From Dictyostelium discoideum (taxonomy: Eukaryota), in assembly GCA_000004695.1 (NCBI GenBank), contig CM000152.2, forward strand, positions 4,800,001 through 4,864,000: a DNA stretch of 64,000 nucleotides, written 5' to 3'. The notes under the pieces were generated by a model that made no database searches, was not told the DNA's origin, and saw only the letters and a list, made by a program, of their open reading frames with translations. Within the stretch, counting starts at the first letter, position 1. Each line of letters starts with the position of its first letter. The translations under genes were made by a program, and so were the position numbers. This document shows positions 52,786-64,000 of this stretch, one piece after another.

Positions 52786-52987
52786 CTCAAAAAAGGGAAC
52801 ACCTGTTGAACAAATCCATCCATATATTGCAGGACATGCAATGAAAGATGGTACTACAATTTCAGATTATCCTCAAATTGTAGAAGGATCAAAAATTCAA
52901 GTTAGAGTCATACTCAAATCACAATCTGACAATTCTGAAAAATCAGAAAAATCAGGAAAATCTGAAAAGGATTGTATTTTAATGTAA
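52577..52987 (+). CDS. Membrane-anchored ubiquitin-fold protein (MUB / UBL3-like) with a C-terminal CaaX box. Exons 52577..52675 and 52796..52987.
   Basis: MLVKVSIHGQEYDLEVQPTDKIQEIKSKINELN | GTPVEQIHPYIAGHAMKDGTTISDYPQIVEGSKIQVRVILKSQSDNSEKSEKSGKSEKDCILM*. This is a ubiquitin-like beta-grasp (compare [31 protein letters not shown]...) ending in CILM. That is a Cys-aliphatic-aliphatic-X prenylation motif, as in UBL3 (CVIL) and plant MUBs. GTAATT donor and (T)nCTCAAAAAAG acceptor, phase 0. Confidence 0.65.
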
Positions 52988-53136
52988 ATCAAATAAATAG
53001 AAGAAAAAAACAAAAATAAAATAAAATAAAATAAAATAAAATAAAATAAAATAAAATAAAATAAAAATAAACTACCCCCTTTTAATTTTGGTTTTTACAA
53101 ATTATATTTTTTTTTATTTATTTAATTATTTTATAA

Positions 53137-54186
53137 TTAAAAATCTTTTGAATTTTTAATTAGAGCTCTTCTTGCTAATTCTAAAGAACCAATTGAACCA
53201 GCATGAGAAGCAAAAGGTGATTGAACAATATATTGATCAATGAAATCATTTGTTAAATATTTTGATTTGATATAACCATTTAAAATTTTGATAGTTTCAG
53301 TACGAATGATTGGATAAAGAATTGAACGATTTAAAACACCACCACCTAAAACAATGACTTGAGGTGATAATAAACAAGTGATATTTGCACATAATTGAGC
53401 TAAATAATTACCAATGATTAACCAAACTGGATGATCATCATTAATCTCTGATAGTTTATCAGCATTGATACCTAAACGTTTTGAAATTGCACCTGTGCTT
53501 ACTAAACCTTCGATACAATTACCATGGAATGGACAAGTACCTTGAAAATCTTTATCACCATCTTGAATTTTACAAAAACTATGACCACCCTCTGGATGAA
53601 CCAGACCATGAATACAACTACCATTAACTACACAACCAACACCAACACCTGTACCAACGGTAATATAAGCACATGATGTAATCTCACCCCTTTTATGAAG
53701 TCCATGAAATGTCTCTGATATTGCTGCACCATTTACATCTGTATCAAATCCTTTTGGACATTTATAATCATCAAACCAACCTAATATATTTGTTTGTCCC
53801 CAATTTGGTTTTGGTGTTGTTGTAATGTATCCATAGGTTTCACTACTCTCATCTAAATCAATTGGTCCAAATGATGCAATACCAATAGCACCAATATTAT
53901 TACCACCTTTATTCTTTACCCATTCTAATACTTTATTTTTAGTTTCCTCAACACTCGTTGTTGGTATTGATGTTCTTTCTATAACATTTGATGGTTTATT
54001 AATTGCAATTGATAAACAAATTGATGTACCTCTATTTATTTATTTGTTTATTTTTATTTTAATAATATAAATATTTATATACATATATATATATATATGT
54101 TACTAGTTTTTAATATGTATTAAAAATTTTAATTTTATTACATACCCTGCTTCCACACCAAGAAATTTTTGTTCATTTTTAATCAT
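53137..54186 (-). CDS. ROK-family sugar kinase (fructokinase/mannokinase Mak-like). Exons 54146..54186 and 53137..54031.
   Basis: MIKNEQKFLGVEAG | GTSICLSIAINKPSNVIERTS...GIASFGPIDLDESSETYGYITTTPKPNWGQTNILG...AYITVGTGVGVGCVVNGSCIHGLVHPEGGHSFCK...CPFHGNCIEGLVSTGAISKRLG... This has the ROK glycine-rich ATP motif and the Zn-binding H-x2-H...C-x-H-G-x-C-x-E signature. GTATGT donor, AATAG acceptor, phase 2+1. Confidence 0.8.
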
Positions 54187-55190
54187 TTTTTTTTGATAAG
54201 CACACAATTAAAAAATTAAAAATAAAAAAAAAACAAAAATAAAAAAAAATTAAAAAATTAAAATAAAAAATTTAAATTAATAAAGTAAATTTTGTAAAAT
54301 GAAAAAGTTATCCAAAAAATAAAAAATTTAAAAAAATTTAATTAAAATGTTATCCAAAAAAAAAAAAAAATAAAAAAAAAAAATTAAAAAAAAAAAAAAA
54401 AATAAAAAAAAAAAAAAAAAAATTTGCTATAAAAAAAATCTAAAAATTTCCCAATTTAATTTTTTAAATCATGTAAAATAATTTTTATTAAAATTAATTT
54501 AATTTCCATAATTGAAAATAATTTATTTTTTTAAGGAAATTGTCAAAATTAATATTTTTATTAATTTTAATTTTATTTTTTTATTTTTAATCTTTTAATT
54601 ATTTCAGTAAATTGAGATAATATTTACATAATATTTTTTATTATATTTTGATTTTTTTTTAAAAATCTATAAAAAAATAAAAAAAAATAAAAATTTAATA
54701 AAAAAATAAAAAATAAACCAATTCAACCAAATCAATTTTTTTTCTTTTTTTTTTTTATACATAAAATATATTATCTATCAATTGTTCAAAAAAAAAAAAA
54801 AAAATTTGTAATCAGTTTTTTAAAAATTCTTTTTATTTTTAGACAAAGAAAATTAAATTAAATTCTGAAAAAGAAATAATAAAAAAAAAATAACTATTGT
54901 AAAAGATAAATATCTTATTTCTTTTATATATGACAAGAGGTTCGGAGAATTACTATTTATTCTATTTTTTTTTTTTTTTTTTTTTTCAATGAATTAATAT
55001 TGACAAACTAGTTTCTACAAATAGTAATAAATTAATTACTAGTATTTAATTTTTAAATTTTGATGAAGCAATTCTGAGCACTGGGGTAACGAATTTTTTA
55101 TTTCTTAAAACTAAAAATTTGAAAATAATAATTCAAAATTAGTATTTATTTAATGAAAAATGGAATAAAGATAAAATTGATTCATAAAAA

Positions 55191-55894
55191 TTAAAATGCA
55201 TAAATTTTGTGTGTGTTGTATAGATATATGTACATACAGAATAAACCAAGTGCAAGTGCAGTAGCACCACCAACAATAACTGATAAACCTGTATAAAATT
55301 GAGAATCACCACTTGATAAAATAGTTCTTGATTTAATATCACCATTTGTATCGAAAATAACTTGAAGTTGTATAACCTTTTTATTTTTTAAATCATTAAA
55401 CCAATAACTATGTATTATTATAAATTATTAATTATTATTAATAAATATATATATTGATTTACAATAATTCTAGAATTATAATTTACTTACGTTACTTTAA
55501 CATCACCATTTTGAGAGACGATGGCAGTTGGTGATTTAAAAGATGGTTTTAAAAAATTTAAAGAACTACCAAAATAATTCTCTTTATCTTCATAACCACC
55601 TGGTGACCAAAGTACACCAGTTACACCATGAATTACTTGATCAACCCAATATAAACTAATTCTTTCTTTATCTAAACGATCGAAATCTTTCCAACCCATT
55701 TCACGGAATACAATACCACTGAATTTTTCAGCACTGTATTCCTTATCTCTAAATGAAAATAAACATGTCTCTAATTCTTGATTTAATTCACTTTGAATAT
55801 TTCTTTTAACTGGTTTAAAATCTTCTGGGAATGCAATTGACCCATTTGCTCTTTTTTAAATTTAAAATTTAAAAAAAAAAAAATTAAAATAAAA

Positions 55895-55933
<39 letters not shown>

Positions 55934-56017
55934 AAAATATTGTTAAAAACCACCAATTAAATAACTTGAAATAATAAAATTAAATCTTTACCTTCTTGAT
56001 TTTGTTGGGGTATCCAT
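55191..56017 (-). CDS. Hypothetical tail-anchored membrane protein, about 200 aa. Exons 55992..56017, 55491..55850, 55191..55407.
   Basis: MDTPTKSR | RANGSIAFPEDFKPVKRNIQSELNQELETCLFSFRDKEYSAEKFSGIVFREMGWKDFDRLDKERISLYWVDQVIHGVTGVLWSPGGYEDKENYFGSSLNFLKPSFKSPTAIVSQNGDVKV | TYWFNDLKNKKVIQLQVIFDTNGDIKSRTILSSGDSQFYTGLSVIVGGATALALGLFCMYIYLYNTHKIYAF*. GTAAAG and GTAAGT donors, AAAAAAG and ACATAG acceptors. All phases are consistent. Single C-terminal TM helix. No family assigned. Confidence 0.5.
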
Positions 56018-56146
56018 GTTTTATTTCCTATAGTTTGCGTTTTTTTATAAAAAAAAAAAAAAAAAAAATACAGAGAAAAAAAAAATAATTAAAATTAAAT
56101 TTTTAAAAAAAATTGATTTTTCCCTTTTTTTTTTTTTTCAACACCC

Positions 56147-56186
<40 letters not shown>

Positions 56187-56413
56187 TTATAAAAAAAAAA
56201 AAAAAAAACAGAGCCTAAAAAGGATTGGTCACTGATATTTCAGTGTTCCCTATCATTTCATTTTTTTTTTTTTTTTTTTTTTATAAATTATTTTGTTGTT
56301 TTTATTAATTATTTTATTGTTACTATTTATAAATTATTTTTATTTTTTATTTTTTATTTTTTTTTTATTTTTTTATTTTTTTTATTTTACTATTATTATT
56401 ATTAATATTTTCT

Positions 56414-56611
56414 TTAAGCACTATTAAGTCTACGACCTCTTGCAATTCTTTCTTTAATAATTCTACGTCCACCTACAGTTGACATTCTCTTTAAAAAACC
56501 ATGTCTTCTCTTTCTAACAAGAACTGATGGTTGATATGTTCTCTTTAAAAGTTCATAAGTGTTTTCTAAAAATTAAATAAATATTTATTATTATTATTTT
56601 ATTTTATTTTA

Positions 56612-56664
<53 letters not shown>

Positions 56665-57069
56665 TTATTATATTATTATATGATTGTTATTATTATTATT
56701 ATGATAAATACCATTAAGTTCAGATTCTTCTACAATGTTGATTTCATTTATAATATTTTCATTAATGATACTTGGTTTAAGTGAAAATACTAATGGATCA
56801 ATTTCAAATGGTGATGGACCAACTGAAATATCATCCATAGTGTTGTTATCATAATATTTAATATCAATATTTTCACTGATTTCGATTGGTTTTTCAAAAT
56901 TAAAGTATTGTTTATTATTATTGACATTTAAAATATTAATTGGTGATCTATTTTCAAAGATTGCATTTGATTTATTGGTATATAATAATGGATTGAAATT
57001 CTTATTTATCATTCCACTTGAAAAACTATTTGGAAGTCTATTTAATAAATATCTACAAGATGAAAACAT
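56414..57069 (-). CDS. Mitochondrial ribosomal protein L34 (bL34m) with a long N-terminal presequence. Exons 56712..57069 and 56414..56565.
   Basis: Exon 2 encodes ...[50 protein letters not shown]. This is the bL34 signature (KRTYQPS..KR.R.HGFR.RM.T..GR.V..RR..KGR..L). Exon 1 (ORF 56668..57069, [16 protein letters not shown]...) ends at a GTATTT donor at 56711, just before the poly-N tail of the ORF. TTTTTAG acceptor. Phase 1+2 in frame. Confidence 0.75.
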
Positions 57070-57315
57070 TTTTATTGATATTTTATTTATTTATTATTAT
57101 TTCCAACAACAACAATAATAATAATAATAATAATATAATTGAGAATTTATGTATAAATAATAATTTAAGTGATATCGAAAAATTGAATTTGTTTTATTCA
57201 ATTTCTTTTTATATTTAATCTTTTAAAAAAAAATAAAAAAAAATAAAAAATAAAAAAAAAAGTTTGACACAAAAAAAAAAAAAAAAATTTTAAAAAAAAT
57301 TGAAAAACTGATTCG

Positions 57316-57346
<31 letters not shown>

Positions 57347-57990
57347 GTTTAGTGCTTTAAAAAAGTAATTTTTATTTATTTAATTTAAAAAAAAAAAAAA
57401 AAAGAAATTAAATTGCTAACGATATTCCAGCAATTGAAATCGTCCAAATTAAAAAAATAATTAACAAAAAAAAAAAAAAACAGAGCAGAACAGAAATAAA
57501 ATAAAAAAACAAAACGGAAATAAAAAAAAAAATTAAATAAAATTAAACCAAATTAATCAAACACCAATTACCCACACCTATACTCACCGTTTTATTTGAA
57601 GTATTTTCTACCAAAAATACCACACTTTTTTTTTTTTTTCCCTCTCTCCAAAGCAAGACAATGAACATTACAAGGCAAGTGAAATTAGCATAAAAACACC
57701 ACTAACCAATCTGGGATCTGGCTTCTGTCAGTGTTGTATTATTATTTTTTTTTTTTTTGGTTTTTTTTTTTTTTTTTTTTTTATTGTTGAAAACTTTTTT
57801 TTTTTTTTTTTTAGTTTTTGAGTTTATATCAATTGATAAACTCTTGGTGGTTTTTTTTTTTTTTTCTTTTTTTTTTTTGTACATAAATAACATTTAATGA
57901 ATGCTTTTTATGGGTATATAGTGTGGATTTTTCTTTGGGTTTGGTAAAGAATTTGAGTCGGGTTTGAGTGAGGGGTTTTTTTGTTTTTGT

Positions 57991-58413
57991 TTATTCTTTC
58001 ATAGCGTTACTGTTTGAGATTTCGTCAAGTTCTTGGTCGAGTTCTTCTTTGCTTGGAGTCTTTTCTCTTTTACCACCACGACTACCACCACGACCACCAC
58101 GACCACCTTTGAAACCTCCACGACCACCACGACCACCTTTAAAACCACCACGACCACCAGTTGAACCACCTCTTGATGAAGTGAAACCACCACGACCACC
58201 ACGAGTAGAAACTTGACCACCACGGCCACCTCTTGATGAAGAGAATGAACCACCACGACCACTGCTAGTAGAACCATTGTTGATGGTGACAGTTGTTGAA
58301 CCGCCTCTTGAGGTTTTTCTTTGTGGGCTTAAACCAACTTTTTTCATTTGAGTGAATCTATCATTTAATGAACCACTGGCGGTAGAATTTACAATAACAC
58401 GACGGGATGACAT
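57991..58413 (-). CDS. CHTOP/FOP-like RGG-box protein (chromatin target of PRMT1 homolog), 140 aa, single exon.
   Basis: MSSRRVIVNSTASGSLNDRFTQMKK... then (S)RGG/GRGG repeats (GAR domain) ...KTPSKEELDQELDEISNSNAMKE*. SLNDRFTQM matches SLNERFTNM of human CHTOP. The C-terminal ...KEELDQELDE... matches LTKEQLDNQLDAYMSK. The ORF-track entry 57991..58578 extends upstream through a junk poly-F frame. Confidence 0.7.
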   Translation of the reverse strand: MSSRRVIVNSTASGSLNDRFTQMKKVGLSPQRKTSRGGSTTVTINNGSTSSGRGGSFSSSRGGRGGQVSTRGGRGGFTSSRGGSTGGRGGFKGGRGGRGGFKGGRGGRGGSRGGKREKTPSKEELDQELDEISNSNAMKE

Positions 58414-58987
58414 TTTCTTTATTTCTTTATTTACTTGAACTATTTGAAGACCTAATGAGGGAAATTGAAAAATAAACCAAATACATTTTTTTTTTTTTTT
58501 TTTGAATTTAATTTTGGGATGGATAAGGTTGGAGAAGAAAAAAAAAAAAAAAAAAGAAAAAGTTGATGTTTTTTTCAATTTATATTGTCAGTTGTTTTGT
58601 TTGGTAAATTATTTAATTTATATATATATAAAAAAAAATAAAAAAATTGTTGTTGATTTAAAAAAAAAAAAAATAAAAATAAATAAAATAATATTTGTAT
58701 TTATTGATAAACTACCTTTTGGATTATTATTATTGTTATTATTATTATTATTATTATTATAATTTATTGTTATTAATTATATTGATTGTTTTTTAAAAAA
58801 ATATTTATATTGAGAATGTTTGGGAGGGGAGAGAAAAAAAAAAAAAAAAAAAAATAGAGACTAAACAACAAATAAATGAGTGGAGGTTGGTATAAAAAAA
58901 ATTTAATAAATGAATAAAAAAAAAAAATTTTAAAAAATTTGAAAAAATTAAAAAAAAAATTTTTTAAAAAAAAAAAAAAAAAAATTA

Positions 58988-59018
<31 letters not shown>

Positions 59019-59386
59019 AATTAAGTTTTATGAAGCAACTTCAGAATTTCTATTAATATGACGGTTACCAACGGAGAATTAAATTTATTTAAGCAAAATA
59101 AATAATCGACTTCACCAAATAAAATTTTTTTTTATTTTCTATTTTTTTTTCAAAGAAATAATTTTTTTTTTTTTTTTTTTTTTTTTTTTGGTCAACTAAT
59201 TTTATTTTATTCCAAAATTGGAATTTGTGTAATGTTTGATTTCCAAAATCTGCAATCTTAAAATAAAAAAATAAAATTAAAAAAATAAAAACAAAAAACA
59301 ACACTGTTAATTAATATTTAGATTTATAATATTAAAAATTAATATTTTAATTATAGTTTTTTTTTTATTTTTTTTTATTTTTTTTT

Positions 59387-61954
59387 TTATATTTTATTAT
59401 ATGATGATAATTTATTTCTTAAATAATTTATAATATGAATTCTATTATAACTAATTGAAATAATTAAACATTGATTTAAAATTGAAGGAGTAATATCTTT
59501 AGATATATTTAATAATTGATGGAAAATTGATAAATGACCAGACTTTTTAATTGCATTTGTAATTTGTTGACCTGTTATTGGTAATTTTATATCACCATTT
59601 TCTTTAATTACAATTGATAACATCATTGAAGAATTGATTGAAATGATTTGATCGATTTGATTAAAATAAAGAGGTTGTTTTTGAGGGATACACGGATTAT
59701 GTAAATCTTTATATCTTTGAGTTGATCTTAATAATTCAATAATTTCAAACCAACCTCTTGTTAAACAAAATTGAATTGCCATATCATAACCTTCATTTCT
59801 ATTATCCAATAAGAATTTAACAGAATTATAACAATCATGACGACTTGCTAAATCAATTGCTTCAGTTGTACATTCTTGTTTTGGGAAATGATTATGAATA
59901 TATTCTAAAACTTTAACATTTTCAAAACAATTATTAAATGATTTCTTGGAAAATGTAAATCCATTTTCAATTAATTTTTTAACAATTCTTAAATTTGAAA
60001 TACCACAATCAATAACTTTATTATTATTGATATTGATATTGATATTGGTATTGGTATTGGTATTGGTATTGGTATTGGTATTGGTATTGGTATTGGTATT
60101 GGTATTGGTATTGGTATTGGTATTGGTGTTGATATTGGTATTAGAAAATATATTATCAAGTAACCAATCAATAGTATTCCATAATTTTAATTTAATACAA
60201 TTATTTAATGTTGAAATTGGTATAGTTGGTTTCTTTTCTTGTGGACAAATCGAATATAGATATTTGAATAAGTGTAATCCTTGAGGTTTTAAACAACAAG
60301 CAGTTAAAAAATCTTGGGTGATTAATGAGGGGTCAAGTTTAAATTCCTGAAAGATCATTATTACTGCATCAATATCATTACTTGCCGATGCAACTATTAA
60401 AAGATAACTTAGATCTATTTCAATTGCAAGCTCATGATATAGGAATCTAATAACATCTAATTTCTTTTCTTTTAATGCCACATGAGCCAATTCTTCAGTG
60501 AAATTTGAACGATCAATAACTTGTGATAAATAAATTAAAATTGATATTTCACCAAAGGCTGCACTTTCAATTAGAATGCTATCTATATCGATCGCAGAGT
60601 TGAAATTCTCAAAAATGTATTTCACACATTCCATATCATTACAACTAATTGAAAATTTATTTAAAAGATTATTTTGTTTTACAAATTTGAATGATTGTAA
60701 ATCATTGATTGAAAAACTACCATTATTTTTAAAATCCCAAATGTCAATACCATTTTTATGACAGAATTCTAATGATTCGAAACTTATTGAATATAAATAC
60801 TGGTAATAAAAACATTGTGATAATTGTTGTTTATCAATTGGTAGTGTGATTAATTTAGATTGGTTGATTAAATAATCTAATATATCAATCAATGAATTCA
60901 TAATACAAAATAAAAATGAATTTAATAGTAAATCTAAATTCTTGATTCTCACAGACAATAATTGTCTATCCTTTTCAGTTACTTTATTCTCGACTATATA
61001 TTTAATCATTAATAAAACTTTATCCTTATTAATTTTATCTCCAAAGAATACATGTCTAGTCTGTGAGTGGGTGTTAAGACTTGGTGATATACATTGCAAC
61101 GAGTGTTCAATCATGGTAAACCAATTTATTTGACTAAAATCAAAACCAAACTTTGGGAATTCATTCAAAACATATTCTAACAACTCTATATTTAAATTTC
61201 TAATACATTTTCCTATAATGGTTTCTGCTTCTTCAAATTCCATTGTCATAGTTGTCGTTATTTTCGAATTTAGTATTACAATTTCATTGAAATTTTGTTT
61301 ATTCTTTTCAATTATATATTTTAATAATTCTAAATCATTGATTGCCATTGAATTTATTAAAATTCTAAAACTACAACCCTCATTCCTATTATTTAATAAA
61401 TGTTTAACAATTGAATGTCTATTGAGTGGGTTTGGATTCAAGGGTGCTTTATCTAGTGCGTCTGTAGAGGTAACATTTGATAATAGGTCATTCGGTATCA
61501 CTGATTCTAATAATAAAATATCTTCAAGTGAACAATTATCAGTCATATAATCCAAACTTGGTAAACATGTGAAAAATTGATTTCTTCTATTTCTAATGAT
61601 TTCTTCTTCATTATTATGATTATCATTACCATTATCGTTATCATTATTTCCAGTTGATTCTTTATTTATATCAAAGTCATGTTCTGTTAATAAATATTTC
61701 AATAATTGAGAAGCTGATTGTGTAGAATCCATTTGTGTTAAAAGTTCAAATAAATTTAACATTCCAAATCTTTCAGTTAATTGATGTTTATTGAATTTTA
61801 ATTTATCATATGCTAATCCAAAGTAACCATTTGAACAAATCCATGATAAAGAATGAATATCATCATATTTATATCCATTTGGTTGACTAACAAATTGAAA
61901 TATTAATTTCCTTATAAATTTATTATTGAAAACTTTTTTAAATAATTCTTCCAT
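59387..61954 (-). CDS. Large protein with degenerate ankyrin-like repeats and a (TN)n tract, 855 aa, apparently single exon.
   Basis: Repeated blocks such as LLKYIIEKN..., VLNEFPKFGFDFSQINWFTMIEHSLQ, ...AAFGEISILIYLSQVID..., ...LAHVALKEKKLDVIRFLYHEL...LLIVASASNDIDAVIMIFQEF have ankyrin-repeat-like periodicity. (ACA)n-like (TNTNTN...) tract at about 60000..60130. The family assignment is pattern-based only. Confidence 0.5.
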   Translation of the reverse strand: MEELFKKVFNNKFIRKLIFQFVSQPNGYKYDDIHSLSWICSNGYFGLAYDKLKFNKHQLTERFGMLNLFELLTQMDSTQSASQLLKYLLTEHDFDINKESTGNNDNDNGNDNHNNEEEIIRNRRNQFFTCLPSLDYMTDNCSLEDILLLESVIPNDLLSNVTSTDALDKAPLNPNPLNRHSIVKHLLNNRNEGCSFRILINSMAINDLELLKYIIEKNKQNFNEIVILNSKITTTMTMEFEEAETIIGKCIRNLNIELLEYVLNEFPKFGFDFSQINWFTMIEHSLQCISPSLNTHSQTRHVFFGDKINKDKVLLMIKYIVENKVTEKDRQLLSVRIKNLDLLLNSFLFCIMNSLIDILDYLINQSKLITLPIDKQQLSQCFYYQYLYSISFESLEFCHKNGIDIWDFKNNGSFSINDLQSFKFVKQNNLLNKFSISCNDMECVKYIFENFNSAIDIDSILIESAAFGEISILIYLSQVIDRSNFTEELAHVALKEKKLDVIRFLYHELAIEIDLSYLLIVASASNDIDAVIMIFQEFKLDPSLITQDFLTACCLKPQGLHLFKYLYSICPQEKKPTIPISTLNNCIKLKLWNTIDWLLDNIFSNTNINTNTNTNTNTNTNTNTNTNTNTNTNTNTNINININNNKVIDCGISNLRIVKKLIENGFTFSKKSFNNCFENVKVLEYIHNHFPKQECTTEAIDLASRHDCYNSVKFLLDNRNEGYDMAIQFCLTRGWFEIIELLRSTQRYKDLHNPCIPQKQPLYFNQIDQIISINSSMMLSIVIKENGDIKLPITGQQITNAIKKSGHLSIFHQLLNISKDITPSILNQCLIISISYNRIHIINYLRNKLSSYNKI

Positions 61955-62268
61955 TTTTTTTTTTATTTTTTTTAATAATTCTTTATTTTTTTTTTTTTTA
62001 ATTATTTGTATTTGTTTGTTTATAAAAAAAAAAATAATGAAAGTGAAAAAAAAAAAAATAAAAAAATAATATACTTGGTATATCCCAAAAATTTCTCTTT
62101 TTTTTTTATTTTTTTTATTTTTTTTATTTTATTTTTAATTTTTTAAAAAAATTAAAAAATTAAAAAAAACCTTTTAATTAATTTCAAAGCATATGAATTC
62201 GTAGTTCATTTTCTTTCAATCTTTTAATCACCACTCATTAAAAATAAATAAATAAAAAAAAAAGACAT

Positions 62269-62313
<45 letters not shown>

Positions 62314-62321
62314 GAATAATA

Positions 62322-64000
<1,679 letters not shown>

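Noticed and set aside
57991-58578. 195-aa version of the CHTOP-like ORF starting [15 protein letters not shown]
   Set aside because: The first 55 codons are poly-T/poly-A junk. The conserved protein starts at MSSRRVIV (58413).

Overview
The window is eukaryotic nuclear DNA with the hallmarks of Dictyostelium discoideum (or a close dictyostelid). It is roughly 75-80% A+T. Intergenic regions and introns are almost pure A/T with long poly-A and poly-T runs. Introns are short (about 70-210 bp), with GTAAGT, GTATGT or GTAAAT donors and (T)nAG acceptors. Coding regions carry (CAA)n, (AAT)n and (TCA)n tracts giving poly-Q, poly-N and poly-S. It is not a prokaryotic locus: there are no CRISPR arrays or operons, and no tRNA or rRNA genes were found.

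I can support about 27 protein-coding genes, most of them spliced. Several only become visible after joining exons by hand, so the six-frame ORF track under-calls or mis-frames them (rps26, the mitochondrial L34 gene, TRAPPC6, the MUB/UBL3-like gene, a small secreted peptide, and the 5' exons of nop2, the RasGEF and the DEP-PP2C gene).

Recognisable genes, in order:
- 3' part of an SDR dehydrogenase
- NPC2/ML-domain secreted protein
- rps26
- RING-H2 + UIM ligase
- msh3
- nop2
- U2SURP/SR140-like splicing factor
- a divergent pair of paralogous secreted proteins
- kinesin with a transmembrane segment
- rpl19
- a large RasGEF
- TRAPPC6
- imp4
- a PLD-like single-HKD protein
- RalGAP-beta-like RapGAP protein
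- a DEP + PP2C phosphatase
- mitochondrial ribosomal S29 (DAP3)
- a small secreted basic peptide
- a prenylated ubiquitin-like MUB/UBL3 homolog
- a bacterial-type ROK fructokinase
- a tail-anchored membrane protein
- mitochondrial ribosomal L34
- a CHTOP/FOP-like RGG protein
- a degenerate-ankyrin family protein
- the 5' part of a long S/T/Q-rich protein that runs off the end of the window

Non-genic features: a degenerate transposase-like remnant with 3 x ~45-bp subterminal tandem repeats, several minisatellites, a duplicated ~50-bp GC hairpin element ending in T-runs, and a 13-bp tandem duplication that frameshifts the SR140-like gene.

I found no defence-island-style system. The most unusual items are listed as findings. 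Coordinates of splice sites were worked out by eye and may be off by a few bases.
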